Of a stretch of DNA of 64,000 nt, positions 58,968 to 64,000 are shown in pieces; the first letter of the stretch is position 1; each line of letters begins with the position of its first letter. The notes under the pieces are model-generated. The model saw only the letters and a program-made list of their open reading frames with translations. It had not been told where the DNA came from and made no database searches. Made by a program: the position numbers and the translations under genes. This DNA comes from a candidate division FCPU426 bacterium (GTDB taxonomy: Bacteria; Oederibacteriota; Muellerivitia; Muellerivitales; Muellerivitaceae). The stretch is from contig CAWCKJ010000004.1 in NCBI GenBank assembly GCA_963796105.1, positions 1,280,001 through 1,344,000 on the forward strand. Reading direction: 5' to 3'.

Positions 58968-59545
58968 TATGTTTTGTGAAATCTGGACCTTAGGCGATTC
59001 TTCATTGATGACATCATCACCGTCCCATAAAAATTGCTTGGTTTCCAAGTTTCCGGATGAGATGGTTTCCGTATCACTGATTCTCATACCCGTATAGTCA
59101 TAACCAAAAATGGATTTGGTCCCATTGGGCAGGTTGACCTGGATTAAATGGTTTTGGGTGTCATAGGTGTAGCCGGTATCCTGGCTTCCATTCATTTTAT
59201 TGGCCATATTCCCATTGCCGTCGTACTGGAAGGTTTCCGTGCCGGCTGTTTTAAGCGAATTATTGTCGCGGTAGGTGTAAGTCGTCGTTTGGGGCCCAAC
59301 AGTTATGGAGAGACGGTTGCCCACAGGGTCATAGGTGTAACTGGCTGCTGGCCGGTCGGGATATGCCACGCTCGTTAACTGGTAGATATTGTCATAGCCA
59401 TAAGTAGTCTTGCCGATGTTGTCAATCACATATTGGCGGTTTCCGGCGTCATCATATTGATACGTGAATTGGCTGATGATTTCGCCGGAATCCTTCTTAT
59501 TTAATACCGAAAGAATATTGTAATCGGGGTCATAGGTTGCACACC
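58968..59545 (-). pseudogene. RHS/YD-repeat protein fragment
   Basis: YQYDDAGNR, YGYDNIYQL, YTYDPVGNR, FQYDGNGN; no start codon, cut at the transposon end. Confidence 0.85.
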
Positions 59546-59586
59546 ATCCTTTTTGCGACAGGCATGTGCAGGTCTTTTAACCGATT

Positions 59587-59829
59587 CTAATTAAGAAAAG
59601 TGGCCATCGGCAATGGTTCATCCAAGTTGACATCAACAGCCCGAAAATGTGGTATTGCATTTTGAAAAAATGGTTTCACATATCCACAAGCAACCCAACT
59701 TCTTAAATCAAAACGCAATAAATCCGGAATGTTTATCGCGTTGACCTTTTTCAGATCGTTGGAAATCTTTTCCACTTCTTCCAAAATGGATTCTTTACTT
59801 CGAGGAACCAATTCCAATGAAATTCTCAT
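59587..59829 (-). pseudogene. metF: N-terminal fragment of methylenetetrahydrofolate reductase
   Basis: ISLELVPR, INIPDLLRF, IPHFRAVD; stops after about 80 aa. Confidence 0.65.
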
Positions 59830-59914
59830 GTGTTTGACACCCGCTCCCAATCATTTTCTAATGGCCATTTCCCTATCCACGAAGGGTCCCCCGAGCAAAC
59901 AACTTCAAAAAATC

Positions 59915-60481
59915 TCAGAAAAACTCACCGAACAACTTTTCAACATCTTCTTTTAACTCCTTAATCACTTCTTCACGATCAGCTTCAAGCAGATATAGCT
60001 TTTCTTCGTTTTTAAGAACTGCTCCTAATAAATATGCCGTCCATCTAAAGGTCCCGAAGCGACTGCTGGTTTGCTCTCTTTCTTCAGAGGTAATTTCAAA
60101 CGTTTTTATCGTTTTCTTGGGGATCTCCTCGATCGAATTTTCCCCTATCATCAATTTGATATTTAAATAGTTACCATCAAAAATCACTTTCCTTTTTTTA
60201 AAAACATAATTAAAAACACGAAAAGCGCTGTAAATGAACGGCAAGATCAGGCCAAGACCAATCAGAACGAATATGTGTTTGGTCGGGCCTTGGTGATTCG
60301 AATAATTCAAAAAGATGGCCATGATGCCGATCAGGCAAACGAAGATCGGCAATAAAAAGGTTTCGAAGGAAGTTTGGCAAATAATATTCTTCTCGTTCTT
60401 TGATATGGAAAAAGGTTGTTGCCCGTAACTTTCATGGCCGAAAAAGGCTGGATAATATTTCGGTGGGTGGATTTGGTCCAT
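59915..60481 (-). CDS. Hypothetical two-TM membrane protein
   Basis: ORF with 2 TM helices; GAGGGG RBS before ATG 60481. Confidence 0.65.
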   Translation of the reverse strand: MDQIHPPKYYPAFFGHESYGQQPFSISKNEKNIICQTSFETFLLPIFVCLIGIMAIFLNYSNHQGPTKHIFVLIGLGLILPFIYSAFRVFNYVFKKRKVIFDGNYLNIKLMIGENSIEEIPKKTIKTFEITSEEREQTSSRFGTFRWTAYLLGAVLKNEEKLYLLEADREEVIKELKEDVEKLFGEFF

Positions 60482-60565
60482 TTTATACCCCTCTTTAAAT
60501 GCTACTCGTCCACGACGGATCCCCATCGTGGACAAAACTCACAGTCATAATTTTTATCATTGAAT

Positions 60566-61042
60566 TCAATCGGGTCGTCCGCTCGGGATCCACGACGTGT
60601 TAACCCCCTTCTTGATTGTAGGTTTCACTATTTTATTCCACTCAGTCCCCACATCTTTTTTGTATCGATACGCGAGATATCGGAGTAGATCGAGCTGATT
60701 AGCACATTTGCCTCGCACTAATTCTTTCGCGATATTGAACGATCGCTCAAGCGAAGTTGATGCTTCCAGTTGTGCTTTACGAAGGCTCGCCAGGCCTTTT
60801 GGTTCGCTTGAAAATACCCTTCCGATGGGTTTGCCAAATGAGCCGAGATAGACGATATCGACATCGTGCTCAATCGCGAGCTGAACCGCATGGGTCGTGA
60901 TCGCGGCCGGCCGAAGTATCACTATTTTCTCCAGTCTATGGATCGGGTATTCTTTTTTCTCTTTCACTTTCGGAAAAGAAAGAACGATGCGCTCCCCAAT
61001 TGTGCCGATCTTGGTACCGTAAGTATCAATAAGCAAGTCCAT
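60566..61042 (-). pseudogene. cas1: Truncated CRISPR-associated Cas1 (N-terminal half)
   Basis: L.I...G..I....ERIV..YPIHRLEKIVI...AITTHAVQLA....VDIVYL...GKPIGR...LRKAQ...AKELVRGK..NQ; catalytic C-terminal half absent. Confidence 0.8.
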
Positions 61043-61251
61043 GTGGCCTGTCCCCCAAATTTCGTAAACCATCTGAAAAACTCGAAAAGTTTCACCGCCA
61101 AGACGCCAAGTCCGCCAAGAAAGTCTTTAATTTTCAACGAAAACAAAAAAACAGAAGAACCCTTAAAACCCTTTTTCAGAGGTTACAAACTGTATCCATG
61201 GGGTGTGTTGATGCGAAGGGCTCCAATGACATCAGGCTGCCCTTCGATTTA

Positions 61252-61797
61252 CTATTTAGATTTTTGAACCTTGATTTGGGTGACGATCATCCGGAGTTTC
61301 TTGGCCGCGTCGAAAATACGGTCATCACGGTAAAATTCCCCGTAATAAATGGACTTGATCCCCACGTTGGCGACCATCTTGAAACAGTTCCAGCAGGGGG
61401 AAGCGGTCACGTAAATTTCAGCCCCATCCACCCTCACCCCGTTGCGGGCGGCCTGGATAATGGCGTTGGCCTCGGCGTGGATGGTCGCCACGCAATGGCC
61501 GTCCTCGATCATATGGCCCATATCATCGCAATGAGGCAGGCCCCGGACGCTTCCGTTATAACCGGTCGAGAGAATCGTCTTGTCCCGGACAATGACGGCC
61601 CCCACGTGCTTGCGGTCGCAAGTGGACCTGGTGGCGACTTCCGCGGCGATATTCATGAAATACTGGTGCCAATCCACCCGGACCCGGTGGGAGGGTTTCA
61701 CCAAGGACCTGGCCTTCTCCAGCGAGGCCGGCACCCTGCGTTTATTTAACCTGCGGAGAGGTTTCTTTTTAAGTTTGATTTTCACCCTGGAAGCCAT
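61252..61797 (-). CDS. dCMP deaminase / ComEB family protein
   Basis: RSTC, TGYNG, HAEANA, PCWNC. Confidence 0.92.
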   Translation of the reverse strand: MASRVKIKLKKKPLRRLNKRRVPASLEKARSLVKPSHRVRVDWHQYFMNIAAEVATRSTCDRKHVGAVIVRDKTILSTGYNGSVRGLPHCDDMGHMIEDGHCVATIHAEANAIIQAARNGVRVDGAEIYVTASPCWNCFKMVANVGIKSIYYGEFYRDDRIFDAAKKLRMIVTQIKVQKSK

Positions 61798-61856
61798 GTT
61801 GCCCTCACAGAAGATTTTAATAAGCGGAATTTCATTATCCCATAAAACGTACTGAT

Positions 61857-62795
61857 TTATACCGGATCTACCGCGTAGATTTGCGCTTTTCGGCTTGGAT
61901 GCCAGTGTTCCTTGGATTGGGCCAAGGTGGATAAACCCTCAGCGTCGCCCGTATTGATAAAGGGGAATCCCTCCGCCTGCCTGCATACCTGGGTGAATAT
62001 ATAAGAGGACAGGCCTTTCACAGTCAAGTCGGTCACCTCCAGAAAGACCCCGTAAGTATCCTGCCCCAAGGGCGCCCCCGCGGTATAGGCGACCAAACGC
62101 TCCCCCAGAAGGACCACCCAAAGATCCATCCCCCAATCCCTTCCGCGCAGGAGAACTTGGGAATGGGCTTTTTGGGAGGATCGAAGCATTTTTTCCTCCA
62201 TTTCGCCTTTCGCGGCCGCGAGCCTTTGGCTTTTCCAAAGCTCAAATAATTCCGCGCAGGCTTCCAGGTCTGTCCGGCGGTAAGGCCTGATGACAACGGA
62301 TTCCTGTTTCAAGAAATGATTGATTTCCGCCCGCTTGGCCCGGAAGGGATCACCGTGAAGACCGGCTAACCGGGACCGTTCATAAATATATTCGGTGAGA
62401 GTCGGCCTTGCGCGGTAACCCCAAGACTCAGCTTCCGCCGATTGCTCTTGGGTCATGCCTTCCACGCGTGAAATGCCGCCGCCGGGACCATTCACCTTTT
62501 TCATGAAGTTAAAAACCCATTCCAACGATTCAGCGGTCAGGGGATGGGGGGGAGTAGGGAAATACACGTAACGATCGTAATATGCCGCGATGAAATGATA
62601 GGGGCCCTTGGAAGCGAGAACATAAGCGTATTCATTTCCCCACATTAAAAACGAGTGGAGCGAGGCCGAGAAGGAGGAAGCGGGGTAAAAAAACCCCGAA
62701 GCCCGCTCAAGGCTGTCCTCGAGGGGTTCGAGCCCGTCAAAGAAATCCTGGTGGGGAAAAGAATTTACCGGCAAGGATGGCCACCCCGAAGACAC
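61857..62795 (-). CDS. DUF2156 (phosphatidylglycerol lysyltransferase C-terminal-like) protein
   Basis: EYIY..L..LHG..FRAKR..INHF, FIN..D..GL..L..SK..WHP. Confidence 0.75.
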   Translation of the reverse strand: MSSGWPSLPVNSFPHQDFFDGLEPLEDSLERASGFFYPASSFSASLHSFLMWGNEYAYVLASKGPYHFIAAYYDRYVYFPTPPHPLTAESLEWVFNFMKKVNGPGGGISRVEGMTQEQSAEAESWGYRARPTLTEYIYERSRLAGLHGDPFRAKRAEINHFLKQESVVIRPYRRTDLEACAELFELWKSQRLAAAKGEMEEKMLRSSQKAHSQVLLRGRDWGMDLWVVLLGERLVAYTAGAPLGQDTYGVFLEVTDLTVKGLSSYIFTQVCRQAEGFPFINTGDAEGLSTLAQSKEHWHPSRKAQIYAVDPV

Positions 62796-62862
62796 AGGAA
62801 CCTTTGCTCAATTCGTCTTTCGAGCAGGGTTCCTGTGCCGTTGAGGCATGACTCTTGAGACA

Positions 62863-63618
62863 TTACTGCCCGGTGATGACCCTGGAAATCTCGCGGCGCA
62901 GGCCATAGCTCAGGCGGCTGGCCCGGGAGGGCGGACGGTAATTCGCCAAGTACTGCGGCAAGGTATTCAGGTCCACGACGCCATGCTCGTGATTGACGAC
63001 GGCGGAAGCGTCGCCCTGGGGATGGGCGAACACCACCACCCCTTGGATCCAAACATGGGTGCACTCCTGGGCCCAACGGGGGGGCAGGTTAGCCTCCAAA
63101 TGGCTCCGGAGGTGGTAAATCTGGGTCGCCACCTGCTTCAACGGGTTGTAAAAACCCCGCTTGTAGCGGGACCTTGTCTTGCGGGCCCTCTTGTGAAGGG
63201 TCCATTCCCGGTCCAAGACCTCGCCGGCGATTCGCCCGCGAAGGTACTTGGTCTCGATACAGAACAGGCAATTGGGCGTGATCAAAAGGTGGTCAATCTC
63301 ACGCGCCTTGTCGCCGGAATTGAACTGGACCGAATGCAGGACCCTGGCGTTCTCCATCGTCAGGTTGTCGAGGGCCTTCGCGACCAAGGCCTCTCCCTCG
63401 GAACCTTCCCCCACGATCCGGTTCCGATGCTGGGCAACCAGAAAGCTCCAGCCCGAGAAGGCCAGCAGGGGCACGCATACCAAAAGCTTGAAAAACCAGT
63501 AAGGCAACAGAAGCAAGGCCAGCACGGCAACCGCCAAAGACCCGATCGAAAACCATCTCCAGCGTGTCACCCACCGCATCGCGCGGGGCGGCTGGAGTTT
63601 TTGCAAAGTGGCAACCAT
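62863..63618 (-). CDS. NERD nuclease-related domain protein with N-terminal TM helices
   Basis: GSEGE..V, EIDHLLI, IETK, NPLKQ. Confidence 0.85.
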   Translation of the reverse strand: MVATLQKLQPPRAMRWVTRWRWFSIGSLAVAVLALLLLPYWFFKLLVCVPLLAFSGWSFLVAQHRNRIVGEGSEGEALVAKALDNLTMENARVLHSVQFNSGDKAREIDHLLITPNCLFCIETKYLRGRIAGEVLDREWTLHKRARKTRSRYKRGFYNPLKQVATQIYHLRSHLEANLPPRWAQECTHVWIQGVVVFAHPQGDASAVVNHEHGVVDLNTLPQYLANYRPPSRASRLSYGLRREISRVITGQ

Positions 63619-63623
63619 ATAAC

Positions 63624-64000
63624 TTAAACCTTTCCCAGCGACAGCTCGCGCACCTCCACAACCTCTTCCTGGAAATCGCCTATAAATTGTGGATATTTTC
63701 GAACGAGGGATGAGAGGGTTGTGCTTTCCAAGTGTCGCTGCAACCAAATTAAAAAATCCTTGAATTTTACCGCCACATCAGGCCGGGAAAGGGCGGGACA
63801 TTTTGTGTCCAGCCCCAACAGCACCTGATTTTGATTCTTACTGCGCATGATCACCGCGGGATACATCGAACAATCCAGGGGGCGGGCCTCATAAACAAGG
63901 CACGTTTGATCCTCAGGATTGAAAAACGAACAGGCGAACCCGTGCCCGCAGGCCACGAGCTCAGCCTTGGAAGCCATTCCTTTGGAAGGCTCCCGGAAAG
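63624..64000 (-). CDS. YkgJ family cysteine-cluster protein (5' partial)
   Basis: CSFF....QTCLVYEARPLDCSMYP..CP. Confidence 0.85.
   Translation of the reverse strand, partial: FREPSKGMASKAELVACGHGFACSFFNPEDQTCLVYEARPLDCSMYPAVIMRSKNQNQVLLGLDTKCPALSRPDVAVKFKDFLIWLQRHLESTTLSSLVRKYPQFIGDFQEEVVEVRELSLGKV

Overview
Bacterial chromosomal window with two parts. About 1-38.5 kb is GC-rich and mostly housekeeping or envelope genes: metH broken by five +1 frameshifts (probably sequencing error), a TMTC-like TPR membrane protein, an ECF sigma/anti-sigma pair, DsbD-N/redoxin, a heme A/heme O/SCO/ABC oxidase-assembly cluster interrupted by a PIN-domain TA module, macrodomain/PEBP/TPM/NTase/LemA genes, and large secreted NHL proteins with Thr/Pro stalks. 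About 38.7-61.2 kb is a visibly more AT-rich plasticity zone. It holds an IS3 element and a ~1.5 kb non-coding array of several different helically phased tandem repeats, partly punctuated by a constant GGATAAACCGCCCACATTTCC motif, directly upstream of a ParB-like gene that lacks the CTP-binding motif. It also holds an Flp pilin, a RelE/HTH TA pair, and one intact plus several fragmentary Y1 (RAYT-like) HUH transposase elements with GGGGTCAG/CTGACCCC terminal inverted repeats. These elements bracket a co-oriented set of Thr/Pro-stalked lipoprotein genes and a hairpin-dense ~600 nt candidate ncRNA, followed by fragments of RHS, metF and cas1. No CRISPR array, tRNA or rRNA was seen. All calls come from reading the sequence and recalled family motifs; no searches were run.
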